From the NCBI GenBank assembly GCA_013286835.1, contig JABDEZ010000001.1, positions 2,916-66,915 on the forward strand: 64,000 bases of DNA, in the 5' to 3' direction. Each line of letters starts with the position of its first letter. Positions within the stretch are counted from its first letter, which is position 1. Under the pieces are notes generated by a model. It was not told the origin of the DNA. It saw only the letters and a list, made by a program, of their open reading frames with translations, and ran no database searches. The stretch is from Bacteroidota bacterium. Lineage in GTDB: Bacteria > Bacteroidota > Bacteroidia > Chitinophagales > Chitinophagaceae. Below are positions 39,387 to 49,850 of this stretch, in pieces. The position numbers were made by a program, and so were the translations under genes.

Positions 39387-40724
39387 ATGGCACCTGAACG
39401 AAAGAAACTAATCGGTAATATTGCTTTTGTCATCCTAATATGTATCAGCCTGCTGGCTTGCTTTTACCCTGTAGTACACCCGGAGTCGAACGATAAGGAT
39501 TTTAATTCGGGTGATATAGCCTGGATGCTCACTGCATCGGCCATGGTGCTTATAATGACCCCTGGGCTCTCTTTCTTTTATGGGGGTATGGTGCGTCCTA
39601 AAAATATACTTAGCACTATGCTGCAGAGCTTTATGGCTTTGGGCATTATCAGCTTCATTTGGTATGTTGTAGGGTTTAGCCTGGCTTTTGGCGATGATAT
39701 TGGTGGTGTTATAGGCAATCCCGCTACTTACTTTATGATGAATCATGTGGGAACCGCAGTTCACCCGATAATGAGCCCCACCGTTCCTTTTATTTTGTTC
39801 GCAGCGTTTCAGATGAAGTTTGCCATAATTACCCCGGCACTTATTACTGGTTCTTTTGCAGAGCGCGTTCGGTTTTGGGGCTACATAGTTTTTATGTGCC
39901 TGTTCTCCATATTCATATATTGCCCAATAGCACATTGGACCTGGCATCCCGATGGTTTCCTGCATAAATGGGGAGTACTCGATTTTGCCGGTGGTACTGT
40001 TGTGCATATTTCAGCAGGTGTTGCAGCGCTTGCGGGCGCCATGTTCATGGGTAAAAGAAAGGACCACAAGGCGCATTTTAACTCACCCAATATACCTTAT
40101 GTATTATTGGGTACAGGTTTGCTTTGGTTTGGCTGGTTTGGTTTCAATGCGGGGTCTGCGCTTTCTGCTAATCCGCAAGCAGTGCTTGCTTTTGTAAATA
40201 CCAACCTGGCATCAGCATCTGCTATGGTAACATGGGTGCTGTACGAAGTGGTGAAGGGTAACAAACCATCGGCCATGGGCGCATGTATAGGCGCTGTAGT
40301 AGGCCTGGTAGCCATTACCCCGGCAGCAGGTTTTGTAGATTATGGTCCTGCACTTTTTATCGGTGTGCTGGCAAGTATTGTTTCTAACTGGGCAGTGCAT
40401 TTGAAAACCAAGTCGGAAATTGATGATACGCTGGATGTGTTCCCATGCCATGGTGTGGGCGGCATTGTAGGCATGATAGCCACTGGCGCTTTTGCTAAAG
40501 GTGTTGGTCTTACAAGTGGCCATACTGCCACATTCTTATATCATTTGCTAGGGCTGGCAATAGTTGTTGTGTTCACTTTTGTGGGAAGCATGCTCATGTA
40601 CTGGATCACTAATAAGATCACTCCGCTGCGTGTAAGCACTACTGATGAGGAAGCGGGGCTCGACCTTTCACAGCATGGCGAGTCTGTATATGAAGAAGAG
40701 GCTGAGCCTGCCTTCCAGTTATAG
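39387..40724 (+). CDS. amt: ammonium transporter (Amt family)
   Basis: 445 aa with about 11 TM helices. Conserved motifs are DFAGGTVVHISAGVAALAGA, LLWFGWFGFNAGS and FPCHGVGGIVGMI. Confidence 0.9.
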   Translation: MAPERKKLIGNIAFVILICISLLACFYPVVHPESNDKDFNSGDIAWMLTASAMVLIMTPGLSFFYGGMVRPKNILSTMLQSFMALGIISFIWYVVGFSLAFGDDIGGVIGNPATYFMMNHVGTAVHPIMSPTVPFILFAAFQMKFAIITPALITGSFAERVRFWGYIVFMCLFSIFIYCPIAHWTWHPDGFLHKWGVLDFAGGTVVHISAGVAALAGAMFMGKRKDHKAHFNSPNIPYVLLGTGLLWFGWFGFNAGSALSANPQAVLAFVNTNLASASAMVTWVLYEVVKGNKPSAMGACIGAVVGLVAITPAAGFVDYGPALFIGVLASIVSNWAVHLKTKSEIDDTLDVFPCHGVGGIVGMIATGAFAKGVGLTSGHTATFLYHLLGLAIVVVFTFVGSMLMYWITNKITPLRVSTTDEEAGLDLSQHGESVYEEEAEPAFQL

Positions 40725-40834
40725 TCTTATACCATAATGGTATTTTTACGAAAGTTTCATTTCCGTACCTTTAGACCTGCTTCGCTATTGTTCATAACGT
40801 AGTTACAGTGTGTATTTAAAACTCCTCGCAAATT

Positions 40835-43408
40835 ATGCAAAACACCGGCGACAATGCCTTAATGCAATTCAATAATTTTGTCGGCATAAAGTTCCAGTTA
40901 TACAATAGCCTTTTTACCTCCTTACCATTTCACAAAATAGAGAAGACAGGTATACTGCTGTCACTCTTCCAGATGGATTGTGAAGAAAGCTTTGAGCAAA
41001 GTAAGAACCCTATAGAGATAGTGGATGGTTTTGTGCAACAGAATACGGCATATACAACGGAGCAAGAGAAAATAGAATTACTGTTTCGTTTTACACAATA
41101 TGCTGAAAGACAAGTAGTGCTGTTTGATGCCCTTGAAGATGCTGCTTTTAGCAAGATACATGATATGAATGGCCAAGGCTCACTAAAGCAATTGGAACTG
41201 GAAGTGAATAGCCGGCATAAGGAAGAGGAGCTGAAACAAAAACTTGAAGATTATGCAATAAGGCTCGTGTTGACAGCACACCCAACGCAGTTTTATCCTG
41301 ATGAAGTATTGGGTATCATAACCGACCTGTCTAACGCGGTAAAGGACGATAATGTAGGCGACGTGAACATGTACCTGCAACAATTGGGAAAGACGCCATT
41401 TTTAAAAAAGCAGAAGCCTACACCATACGATGAAGCAGTGAGCCTGATGTGGTATATGGAGCATGTATTCTACACATCGGCTGGCAATATTATGAGCACG
41501 CTTAAAAGCAGGTTCCCAAATGCTGTGCACGATGACAATCCGGTTATCAATATGGGCTTCTGGCCTGGGGGCGACCGTGATGGCAATCCTTTCGTGACCA
41601 CCGAAACTACGCTGCACGTTGCGGCAACGCTAAATAACCGCATTATTAAATGCTACCATAAAGATCTTAAGAAACTGCGCCATAGGCTTACTTTTAAAGG
41701 GGTACTTACATTGGTGACCAACCTGGAAGAGAAGCTCTTTAATGCATTGTATTATAAGCCGGAAGTGCCGATTACAACTCATGAAATCATAGATGCACTG
41801 GAGGAAATAAAGCAGACCATTATAAATGACCATGATAGTTTGTTTCTTTCGCAGGTAGATGAGATGCTGATGAAGGTGCGCATTTTCGGGCTGTACTTTG
41901 CATCGCTGGATATACGGCAGAATAGCACGGTGCATACAAAGACCCTGAAAGCAATAGATGACCAGAAAAAAATATTGCCCGCAGGTTATTACGAACTGGA
42001 TGAAAAAGGAAAAATAGATGTACTGCTGCAGTTGCACCAACAGCCTGATATAGTACTGGAAGACTGGCTGCTGCAAGACACGCTAGACGTAATGAAGGCC
42101 ATTAAGATCATACAGCGCAATAATGGAGAAAAAGGATGCCATAGGTATATTATAAGCCACAACACTTGTGCGCTTAATGTGATAGAAGTGTACGCTTTGT
42201 TGCAATTAGTAAATGATGGAAGCGAACTCGCTGTGGATATTGTGCCTCTGTTTGAAATGATAGAAGACCTACAAGAAGCAGGCGCCAGCATGAAAGTGCT
42301 TTACGAAAATGAAACATACCGCGCCCACCTGAAAAAGAGGGGCGACATACAGCATGTGATGCTTGGCTTTAGCGATGGCACCAAGGATGGTGGCTACCTG
42401 ATGGCCAACTGGAGCATATACAAGGCTAAGGAGAACCTGACAACTGTGGCTCGGGAGCATGGCATAGAGGTAGTCTTCTTTGATGGCCGTGGTGGACCAC
42501 CTGCAAGAGGTGGTGGTAAGACCCACCAATTCTATGCATCGCTGGGGAGTAATATTGCTGGTAAGGAAATACAGATCACTATACAGGGGCAGACCATAAG
42601 CAGCAGCTTTGGTAATGTAGATGCTGCGGGTTTTAATATGGAAAAACTGCTGCATGCCGGCATATACAATAGTGTACTTGCAGAGCAGAAGCCAACACTT
42701 ACTCACGACCAGGAGGCCTTGATGCTGGAACTTTCAGAAGAGGGCTATAAAGCCTATGTGGCATTGAAGAATGAACCTGAGTTTGTGCCTTATCTTGAAA
42801 ATGTGAGCCCGCTGCGCTTTTATGCAGATGCCAATATAGGGAGCAGACCAGCCAAGCGTAATGAAGGTGAGAAACTGAATCTTGATGACTTGCGTGCCAT
42901 CCCGTTTGTGGGGGCATGGAGCCAGCTAAAACAAAACCTGACGGGCTATTATGGTGTAGGAAGAGCACTGCAGAAAATGGAGGCAGAAGGAAGGTGGCAG
43001 GAAGTAAAAGACCTTTATGAAAACTCGTTGCTGTTCAAAACCATGATAGATAACTGCGAGATGGCCATGATGAAAAGCTTCTTCCCGCTTACTGCTCACC
43101 TGGCTACACACCCGCAATATGGGGCTATATGGAACATGATATATGACGAGTATGAATTGTCTAAAACCATGACCATGAAGTTAGGTGGAACTACTGAGCT
43201 GATGGAAAAGTATCCTGTTGATCGCCTTTCTGTGAGTATGCGCGAAAGGATAGTATTGCCACTTACAACTATACAGCAATATGCACTGAGCCGGGTACGT
43301 GAAATGGAAGAAAATAAACAAACCGATGTGGAGCTGCGGAAAACACTGGAGAAGCTGATCATGCGCTGCTCGTTCGGGATAATTAATGCGGGTAGAAATT
43401 CGGCTTAA
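40835..43408 (+). CDS. ppc: phosphoenolpyruvate carboxylase
   Basis: 857 aa with VLTAHPTQF, GFWPGGDRDGNPFVT, MLGFSDGTKDGG and FFDGRGGPPARGGG, which are the PEPC signatures. Confidence 0.9.
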   Translation: MQNTGDNALMQFNNFVGIKFQLYNSLFTSLPFHKIEKTGILLSLFQMDCEESFEQSKNPIEIVDGFVQQNTAYTTEQEKIELLFRFTQYAERQVVLFDALEDAAFSKIHDMNGQGSLKQLELEVNSRHKEEELKQKLEDYAIRLVLTAHPTQFYPDEVLGIITDLSNAVKDDNVGDVNMYLQQLGKTPFLKKQKPTPYDEAVSLMWYMEHVFYTSAGNIMSTLKSRFPNAVHDDNPVINMGFWPGGDRDGNPFVTTETTLHVAATLNNRIIKCYHKDLKKLRHRLTFKGVLTLVTNLEEKLFNALYYKPEVPITTHEIIDALEEIKQTIINDHDSLFLSQVDEMLMKVRIFGLYFASLDIRQNSTVHTKTLKAIDDQKKILPAGYYELDEKGKIDVLLQLHQQPDIVLEDWLLQDTLDVMKAIKIIQRNNGEKGCHRYIISHNTCALNVIEVYALLQLVNDGSELAVDIVPLFEMIEDLQEAGASMKVLYENETYRAHLKKRGDIQHVMLGFSDGTKDGGYLMANWSIYKAKENLTTVAREHGIEVVFFDGRGGPPARGGGKTHQFYASLGSNIAGKEIQITIQGQTISSSFGNVDAAGFNMEKLLHAGIYNSVLAEQKPTLTHDQEALMLELSEEGYKAYVALKNEPEFVPYLENVSPLRFYADANIGSRPAKRNEGEKLNLDDLRAIPFVGAWSQLKQNLTGYYGVGRALQKMEAEGRWQEVKDLYENSLLFKTMIDNCEMAMMKSFFPLTAHLATHPQYGAIWNMIYDEYELSKTMTMKLGGTTELMEKYPVDRLSVSMRERIVLPLTTIQQYALSRVREMEENKQTDVELRKTLEKLIMRCSFGIINAGRNSA

Positions 43409-43452
43409 AATAGATAGAGCGGTGATCATCGCTCTATCTATTTGTTCTTTTG
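43409..43452. terminator. bidirectional hairpin terminator between convergent ppc and the DUF1684 gene
   Basis: aatagatagagcg (43409-43421) pairs with cgctctatctatt (43430-43442), a 13-bp stem, followed by tgttctttt. Confidence 0.7.
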
Positions 43453-43474
43453 CTGTGGCTGGATAAGCAATAGT

Positions 43475-44095
43475 TTACTCCTTTACTTCCTTTCCAAATA
43501 GCTTTTCTCCGGCTTCAATACCAATAGAAAGATCGTTTTCTTTGGGTGGTATCGGGCACGCGTAGCCGCCTTTAAATGCGCAATAAGGATTGTAGCATTT
43601 GTTGAAATCGATGACCAGTTCATCCCCATGTATCTCCTTGGTTGAAAGGTCTAAATAGCGGCCACCACCAAAAGTTTCTTTATAGTTTGTTTCGTCTGTA
43701 AAGGGTATGAAGAGGTAGTCGTTGTACTTGCTGTCTTTTTTGATGAGGTCTATGGCCTGGTATATATGCAGGGTGCAGGGAGTGCCTTTAATTTTAAACG
43801 TTGCATAGCCATACTCACTATAGTTTTTACGCGCGCCACTATGCGTGAGCATGGTAAATGGTTTGCTATCGGGTGTGCGGGTGAAATGGGTAGTAATGCT
43901 ATAGGCCGCATTGGTAGGGTAGAAGCGCAGGTAGGCAGTATCTTCAGCCGTTAACGGGCTGTGTGCATCCGTGAGGAAATCGTTCTTGTACTGTTGCCAG
44001 TAACGGGCTATACTGTCGTTATAATTGTACGACTGGCCATAAGCGCACAGTGGCAAAGTTGCAAGCAAGAAAATTATTAACCCAGAGGTTCTCAT
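43475..44095 (-). CDS. DUF1684 domain protein (secreted)
   Basis: 206 aa with a signal peptide. The FGGGRYLDL, DFNKCYNPYCAF and ACPIPPKEN motifs are characteristic of DUF1684. Confidence 0.7.
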   Translation of the reverse strand: MRTSGLIIFLLATLPLCAYGQSYNYNDSIARYWQQYKNDFLTDAHSPLTAEDTAYLRFYPTNAAYSITTHFTRTPDSKPFTMLTHSGARKNYSEYGYATFKIKGTPCTLHIYQAIDLIKKDSKYNDYLFIPFTDETNYKETFGGGRYLDLSTKEIHGDELVIDFNKCYNPYCAFKGGYACPIPPKENDLSIGIEAGEKLFGKEVKE

Positions 44096-44275
44096 TGTGA
44101 TGATTTTTGTTTGTGATGAACCAAGAATACCCTTACTTTTTGTTATCTGACTTTTTTGTTATTCTATATTTAAAACGTACTCCCGAGTTGGCATCTGTTC
44201 CTTGATTATGCGGATTTCTCTCTTCGCTGAAGGGCTACGTTCGAAATGACGGATGTTTTTTGAGCGGCGTTTTTG

Positions 44276-45295
44276 TTAAGACAACATTTTCTCTAGTCTC
44301 AGAAATATTTCTGAGGGGTTCATGTTTTCCCAGAGCATTTTATAGATCATATCGGCTATAGGTATTTCTATCTCCAGTTTTTTTGATATAGCCTGCATAC
44401 CACGGGCAGCATAGTAGCCTTCGGCCACCATGTTCATTTCGAGCATAGCTGCCTTTACGCTGTAGCCCTTGCCCAGCATTGCGCCAAATGTGCGGTTACG
44501 GCTGTGCAGCGAGTAGCAGGTTACCAACAGATCGCCCAGGTAGGCACTGGTATGGAAGTCGGGATGGTCGTTGGACGGATGTACTTTTATAAAGTGTGCA
44601 TCCAGGTAATGATACATTTCGCGGTAGCAGTTGGTAATATATACACTCAGAAAGTTATCGCCATAATCTAGCGCCCGGGCGGTACCGGCACCTATGGCAT
44701 ATATGTTCTTCAGTACAGCGGCAAACTGTGCACCCCACAAGTCGTGGTTGAAGGTGGTGTTGATATAGGTGTTGTTGAATGCTTTGGAAGCGCTACATGT
44801 CAGTGAATCATTAAGTCCTGAAAAGGTAAGGTATGACAAGCGCTCATCGGCAACTTCTTCTGCATGACAGGGACCAGTTAATGCAACATAGTTTTCAAGG
44901 TCTAGTTGCATGTATTGTTCCAAATAGTCATTTAGCAACAGGTTGGTATCGGGCAGTATGCCTTTAATAGCAGAAATGATCTTCTTACCCTGCCACAGGC
45001 TTTTATCTACACTTTCTATTACGCTTTGTGCATAAGCGCTGGGTACGCAAACTATTATTGTATCGCAGGCTTTGAGCACCGCTTCAAGGTCGTGTGTGGG
45101 TATTATGGTTTCCGGTAAAAAAGTTACCGAAGAAAGGTAGTGTGGGTTGTGGTGACGTGTGAGCAGGTACTTAATACTGTCTTTATTGCGTACCCACCAA
45201 TATATCTGCTGGCCGTTGTCCGTAAGCATTTTAGCCAGGGCGGTACCCCAGCTACCATTGCCAATGATGCCTATTTTACCTAAAGTATGCTGCAA
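44276..45295 (-). CDS. gpsA: NAD(P)H-dependent glycerol-3-phosphate dehydrogenase
   Basis: 339 aa with the N-terminal IGIIGNGSWGTALAKML Rossmann motif. The internal LTGPCHAEEV and C-terminal GMQAISKKLEIEIPI regions are typical of GpsA. Confidence 0.85.
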   Translation of the reverse strand: MQHTLGKIGIIGNGSWGTALAKMLTDNGQQIYWWVRNKDSIKYLLTRHHNPHYLSSVTFLPETIIPTHDLEAVLKACDTIIVCVPSAYAQSVIESVDKSLWQGKKIISAIKGILPDTNLLLNDYLEQYMQLDLENYVALTGPCHAEEVADERLSYLTFSGLNDSLTCSASKAFNNTYINTTFNHDLWGAQFAAVLKNIYAIGAGTARALDYGDNFLSVYITNCYREMYHYLDAHFIKVHPSNDHPDFHTSAYLGDLLVTCYSLHSRNRTFGAMLGKGYSVKAAMLEMNMVAEGYYAARGMQAISKKLEIEIPIADMIYKMLWENMNPSEIFLRLEKMLS

Positions 45296-45320
45296 TGCGA
45301 GAGATGTTTAAGTTAAAAAT

Positions 45321-46655
45321 TTAGTTACCCGTTTTTACTTCAAAAAGTTTTTCCTTGGGTACTACGGTCACTTTTGTGTTGTTTGCCAGGGTGCGTGCTA
45401 TGGCGCCATATGGTGCAGAAACGATCTGTTCGCCGCTGTCCAAACCTTTGGTTACCTGGATATACATGTTATCCTGTATGCCGGTCTGCACATCTTTTAA
45501 TATTACTTTTTTGGTTTTGCTGTCATATACAAACACCACCTGGCGTATGTCATTGTTATCGGCAGTAGCGTTCTTTTTGTTTTTTATGCTATCTGGCCAG
45601 TCGCGCGTTGTAACAGCATTTACAGGGACTGATAATATATTGTATTCCCTGTTGGTCTGTATCTCTACCGATGCCGACATACCAGGCTTGAACACAAACT
45701 TACCTTTAGGTAATTGTGCAGCCAATTCAGCATAGCTGCTGGGTAGTATGAGAATGTGTACGGTGTAGTTGGTTACCTGGTCGGTACTGGTAGATTGTGT
45801 AGTGCCTGATTTGCTGCTGGATACCCCTATCTTGGATACGATACCTATGAACTTCCTGTTCCTGTATGCGTCGGCATCTATAATGGTGGTATCACCAATT
45901 TTCACTTTTGCAATATCAGTCTCACTCACATCTACCCGTACTTCAATACGGCTCATGTCTGCAATGGTGAGCATTTCGGTTCCGGCCATTTGTGCGGTAC
46001 CTACCACACGCTCTCCTTTCTTCACGCTCAGCAAAGATATGATGCCTGCTGTTGGCGCTATAATGGTCGTCTTCTGTAAGTTCTCGTGCGCCTGGCTCAG
46101 GTTGGCCTGCGCGCCTTTGATGCCGTATTGCCCGCCTGTAGTGCTCGCTTTAGAAGCATCGTAAGCAGCCTTGGCACTTTTGTAATTTGCCTCTCCCTGC
46201 TCAAACTCCAGTTGCGATATTACTTTGTCCTGGAAGAGTTTCTGGTTTCGTTTGTAAGTAGCCAAAGCCAGGTTCATCTGCGATTCTGCCTGCGCCATCA
46301 TTTCTTTACTATTACCTGCACTGGCCCGCGACTGCTCTACCGATGCACTTGCCTGATCTACCATTGAATTGTAGATGGCAGGATTGATCTTTACTAATAC
46401 ATCGCCCTTGCGCACGCTATCGCCTTCCTGTATATTCAGTTGGGTTATTTCGCCGCTTACTTCAGGGGCTATTTTTACTTCAGTTTCCGGGTATATTTTG
46501 CCACTGGCAGTTACCGTTTCGGTAATGGTATGGCTGGCTGCTTTTTCAACAGCTACCTTAATGCCGTCATCGCCCGTAGTTTTTGCTACTACAATGAGTA
46601 CGATCAGCAATACTATACTACCGCCTATTATCCACCAAAGGGTTCGCTTTTTCAT
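45321..46655 (-). CDS. efflux transporter periplasmic adaptor subunit (HlyD/MacA-like membrane fusion protein)
   Basis: 444 aa with an N-terminal TM anchor, a biotinyl-lipoyl-like segment (GEITQLNIQEGDSVRKGDVLVKI), a long coiled-coil hairpin and a beta-barrel region (IIAPTAGIISLLSVKKGERV). Confidence 0.8.
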   Translation of the reverse strand: MKKRTLWWIIGGSIVLLIVLIVVAKTTGDDGIKVAVEKAASHTITETVTASGKIYPETEVKIAPEVSGEITQLNIQEGDSVRKGDVLVKINPAIYNSMVDQASASVEQSRASAGNSKEMMAQAESQMNLALATYKRNQKLFQDKVISQLEFEQGEANYKSAKAAYDASKASTTGGQYGIKGAQANLSQAHENLQKTTIIAPTAGIISLLSVKKGERVVGTAQMAGTEMLTIADMSRIEVRVDVSETDIAKVKIGDTTIIDADAYRNRKFIGIVSKIGVSSSKSGTTQSTSTDQVTNYTVHILILPSSYAELAAQLPKGKFVFKPGMSASVEIQTNREYNILSVPVNAVTTRDWPDSIKNKKNATADNNDIRQVVFVYDSKTKKVILKDVQTGIQDNMYIQVTKGLDSGEQIVSAPYGAIARTLANNTKVTVVPKEKLFEVKTGN

Positions 46656-46690
46656 TTTGAAAGCTAAATTAATTCAAATATTTGGGTTCG

Positions 46691-48796
46691 TTATTTTACT
46701 TCGCTTCCTGCATCTGTATGCTCTGCCGGTGATACAAATATCAGCTTGCCGGCAGCATTTTCAGCCATTAGTATCATGCCCTGGCTTTCTATACCACGCA
46801 TCTTCCTGGGTGCAAGGTTGGCAACTACTGTAACCTGCTTGCCCACTATATCTTCTGGTGCAAAGTGCATGGCTATACCACTTACTATGGTACGGTGTTC
46901 TGTACCCATATCTACGGTTAGCTTTAGCAACTTGTCTGCTTTCTCCACTTTCTCGGCAGTTAATATGGTACCTGCGCGCAGGTCTATCTTCGCAAAATCA
47001 TCAAATGTAATGGTGTCTTTGGCTGGTGCAGCAGGTTTGGTTTCTGCCAGTGCCGCTACTTCTTTTTCTGGTGTTGGTTCCACGTCTTGTGTTGGTTTTA
47101 TAGCCCTGCCTTTTAATTTTTCTACTTGCAATGCTATCTCAGCATCTTCTATTTTCCTGAACAGCAGCTCAGGGGCGCGTAACGGATAGCCTGCATTTAA
47201 CAGGTTCATTCTGCCGGCGTTTTCCCAATCGAGCATGCGCTCTACTACCTTCATCATATAGATCATCTTCTGAGCCGTAAATGGTAAGAAGGGATTGATG
47301 AGTATAGACAGGTTAGCAGTAAGCTGAAGGCATATGTGCAGGCAGTTATCTATCTGCATTTGATTCTCTACCTGTAGCTCCGGCGTTTTAGCCAGGCTCC
47401 AGGGTGCGCAGTCCTGCAGGTATTTATTCCCTTTGCGGGCCAGGTCTATTACTTCAAATAGCCCATCGCGGAACTTGTAGTTCTCGATGTTGCTTTCCAC
47501 CAATGTTTTGGCATTGCCTATGGCTGCTATTAGTTCTTTGTCCCTGTCGGTAAGCAATTCGTTGTGCAGGCGGGGCACCTTGCCCTTACATAGCTTGTGC
47601 ATGAGCACAAATGCCCTGTTCACAAAATTGCCGAATATAGATACCAATTCACCATTCACCCTATCCTGGAAATCCTTCCAGGTAAAGTCGTTGTCCTTGG
47701 TTTCTGGTGCATTGGCGCAAAGCACATAACGCAATAGGTCTTGCTGCTCAGGAAAATCTTCCAGGTACTCGTGCACCCACACCGCCCAGTTGCGGCTAGT
47801 GGATACTTTTTCACCTTCTATATTCAGGAACTCGTTGGCAGGCACATTATCGGGTAGCACAAAACCACCATGGGCTTTGAGCATGGCTGGGAATATGATG
47901 CAATGGAATACAATATTATCCTTACCTATAAAGTGTACAAGTTTGGTATCTTCTTTGCACCAGTAGTCGGCCCACTGGTTGGTCAGTTCTTTGGTAGCAC
48001 TGATGTAGCCAATGGGGGCATCGAACCATACATACAGCACCTTGCCTTTTGCATCGGGCAGGGGTACGGGCACGCCCCAGTTGCTATCGCGCGTCATAGC
48101 GCGGGGTTGCAGGCCGCTATCCAGCCAGCTTTTGCACTGACCATATACGTTAGGTTTCCATTCGTTCTTCTTGCCTTCAACAATCCATTCCTTCAGCCAG
48201 TCCTCATATTTATTGAGCGGAAAGTACCAGTGCTTGGTTAGCTTTTTCACCAATTTTGAGTGGCTCAATGCGCTATGCGGATTGATCAGTATTTCGGGCG
48301 ACAGGGTAGAACCACACCGCTCGCACTGATCGCCATAGGCATTGGGATTGCCACAAACCGGGCAGGTACCTATTATATAACGATCGGCCAGGAACACATC
48401 GTGCTCCTCATCATAATATTGTTCACTTTCCTTTTCCTCAAATACACCATCGTTATATAGCTTGGAGAAGAACGCCTGCGATGTATCGCGATGTGTAACA
48501 GATGAGGTGCGGGAATATATATCGAAGGAGATGCCCATTTTGGCAAAGCTGTCCTTCATCATTTCGTGGTACTTGTCAACCACCTGCTGCGGGGTTATAC
48601 CCTCGCGCATGGCGCGTATGGTGATAGGCACACCGTGCTCATCGCTGCCACTAATAAACTTTACATCTCTTTTCTGCGCGCGCAGGTACCGTACATAAAT
48701 ATCTGCCGGCAGGTAGCCCCCGGCCAGGTGCCCGATGTGTATGGGGCCATTGGCGTAAGGCAGTGCTGACGTAATCAGGTATCTCTTAAAATCCAT
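46691..48796 (-). CDS. metG: methionine--tRNA ligase with C-terminal tRNA-binding domain
   Basis: 701 aa with the HIGH motif PIHIGHLAG, zinc knuckles CPVCG...CERCG and the KMSKS variant KVSTSRN. The C-terminal region is Trbp111/EMAP-like ([27 protein letters not shown]). Confidence 0.92.
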   Translation of the reverse strand: MDFKRYLITSALPYANGPIHIGHLAGGYLPADIYVRYLRAQKRDVKFISGSDEHGVPITIRAMREGITPQQVVDKYHEMMKDSFAKMGISFDIYSRTSSVTHRDTSQAFFSKLYNDGVFEEKESEQYYDEEHDVFLADRYIIGTCPVCGNPNAYGDQCERCGSTLSPEILINPHSALSHSKLVKKLTKHWYFPLNKYEDWLKEWIVEGKKNEWKPNVYGQCKSWLDSGLQPRAMTRDSNWGVPVPLPDAKGKVLYVWFDAPIGYISATKELTNQWADYWCKEDTKLVHFIGKDNIVFHCIIFPAMLKAHGGFVLPDNVPANEFLNIEGEKVSTSRNWAVWVHEYLEDFPEQQDLLRYVLCANAPETKDNDFTWKDFQDRVNGELVSIFGNFVNRAFVLMHKLCKGKVPRLHNELLTDRDKELIAAIGNAKTLVESNIENYKFRDGLFEVIDLARKGNKYLQDCAPWSLAKTPELQVENQMQIDNCLHICLQLTANLSILINPFLPFTAQKMIYMMKVVERMLDWENAGRMNLLNAGYPLRAPELLFRKIEDAEIALQVEKLKGRAIKPTQDVEPTPEKEVAALAETKPAAPAKDTITFDDFAKIDLRAGTILTAEKVEKADKLLKLTVDMGTEHRTIVSGIAMHFAPEDIVGKQVTVVANLAPRKMRGIESQGMILMAENAAGKLIFVSPAEHTDAGSEVK

Positions 48797-49245
48797 TCTA
48801 AATATTAATAAGGGTGCAAGATAATCATAAGTTAGTTAGGGGAGGCAAGGGGAACGCTTCCTAGTATTGGTGGAGCTGTCCGGTCCGGTTTTAAAAAGGA
48901 AAACCGGACACTTGGTGTGTGATGTCGGGCTGAAATGCTTTGTGGTAGCTTATATGTGAATCATTTAAACTGTCTGGTCTGTCCGGTATCGGACAGGGTG
49001 GCCGTCTTGAACACGATTACGGGATTGAAAGATTATAGGATAGTGTTACGTGCATCGAGACAAGAGCAAAAAAAATATATTCCGTATTCCTGCTGTTGGT
49101 TTACAGGTTTGTAATGGGTGCAAGGTAAGATGGGCGTGGATATTAGCCTGAACAAGATATGCACAGTTCCACGGAGTGTTGTGTTCCACAGGGGGAATGA
49201 AAAAGGGTGTGTTGGCATAATGCCTCCTTATCATTTACGTTACAA

Positions 49246-49322
49246 GTCCTTGTAGAGGGCTCCGCTTTGTAGCAAGATACCGTAAACGTTGTTGCACCCT
49301 GTAGGGGTGCCCCGCACAAAAT
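49246..49322 (-). repeat. REP-like composite module (diverged copy, inverted orientation) with three GTAG-loop hairpins
   Basis: The three hairpins are gtccTTGTAGagggc (49246-49260), gctTTGTAGcaa, and gcacccTGTAGgggtgc (49294-49310). They are in the same order as the module at 50276-50358. Confidence 0.7.
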
Positions 49323-49385
49323 ATATGGAGGTAACCATTTCCCAGCCTGTCAATAAATCATATATTGCTATCCAATTATTGCAAC

Positions 49386-49850
49386 ATGGCTAATAATTAT
49401 ACCCAACTATATATTCATTTTGTTTTTGCGGTACAGTATAGGGCGGCAATGCTCAATAGTGCCTGGGATGATAGGCTTCGGTTATATATTTCCGCTATTG
49501 TTCAAAACAATGGACATAAAATGTTGGCCATAAATAATATGCCTGATCACCTTCATTGCCTGGTAGGATTAAATCCCAGTCAATCTATTTCAGATCTTAT
49601 GAATGTGGTTAAGGGTGATTCTGCAGAGTGGATCAATAAAGAAAATTTGGTCTCTCATAAATTTCAATGGCAGAAGGGTTACGGAGCTTTCAGTCATTCA
49701 AAATCGCAGGTGAACACCGTTGTTCAGTATATTCATAACCAGCAGGAGCATCATCGTAAGGTGGTTTTTATTGAAGAATATAAAAAGATATTGACCGATT
49801 TTGGAATCGAATACGATGAACGTTATATTTTCACGTTACCTGCTGAATAA
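49386..49850 (+). CDS. IS200/Y1-type HUH transposase homolog, REP-associated tyrosine transposase (RAYT)-like
   Basis: 154 aa from ATG 49386 (the track lists TTG 49365). It has the HUH motif PDHLHCLVG, the Tyr motif FQWQKGYGAFSHS and C-terminal YIHNQQEHHRK, typical of COG1943-like proteins. It is a single gene flanked by palindromic repeat modules rather than IS ends. Confidence 0.75.
   Translation: MANNYTQLYIHFVFAVQYRAAMLNSAWDDRLRLYISAIVQNNGHKMLAINNMPDHLHCLVGLNPSQSISDLMNVVKGDSAEWINKENLVSHKFQWQKGYGAFSHSKSQVNTVVQYIHNQQEHHRKVVFIEEYKKILTDFGIEYDERYIFTLPAE

Noticed and set aside
40729-40750. The palindrome atacca-taa-tggtat followed by TTTT after amt, as a terminator.
   Set aside because: The stem is only 6 bp with two G:C pairs, which is too weak to call with confidence.
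44239-44247. GTTCGAAAT, which resembles a tRNA T-loop, in the gpsA-DUF1684 intergenic region.
   Set aside because: I could not build an acceptor stem, D-arm or anticodon arm around it. I saw no tRNA in the intergenic regions I read by eye, although no tRNA-finder was run.
49033-49234. Two overlapping 61-62-aa minus-strand ORFs in the metG upstream region.
   Set aside because: They are short, mutually overlapping in different frames, and lack any recognisable motif or translation signals. I treat them as non-coding.
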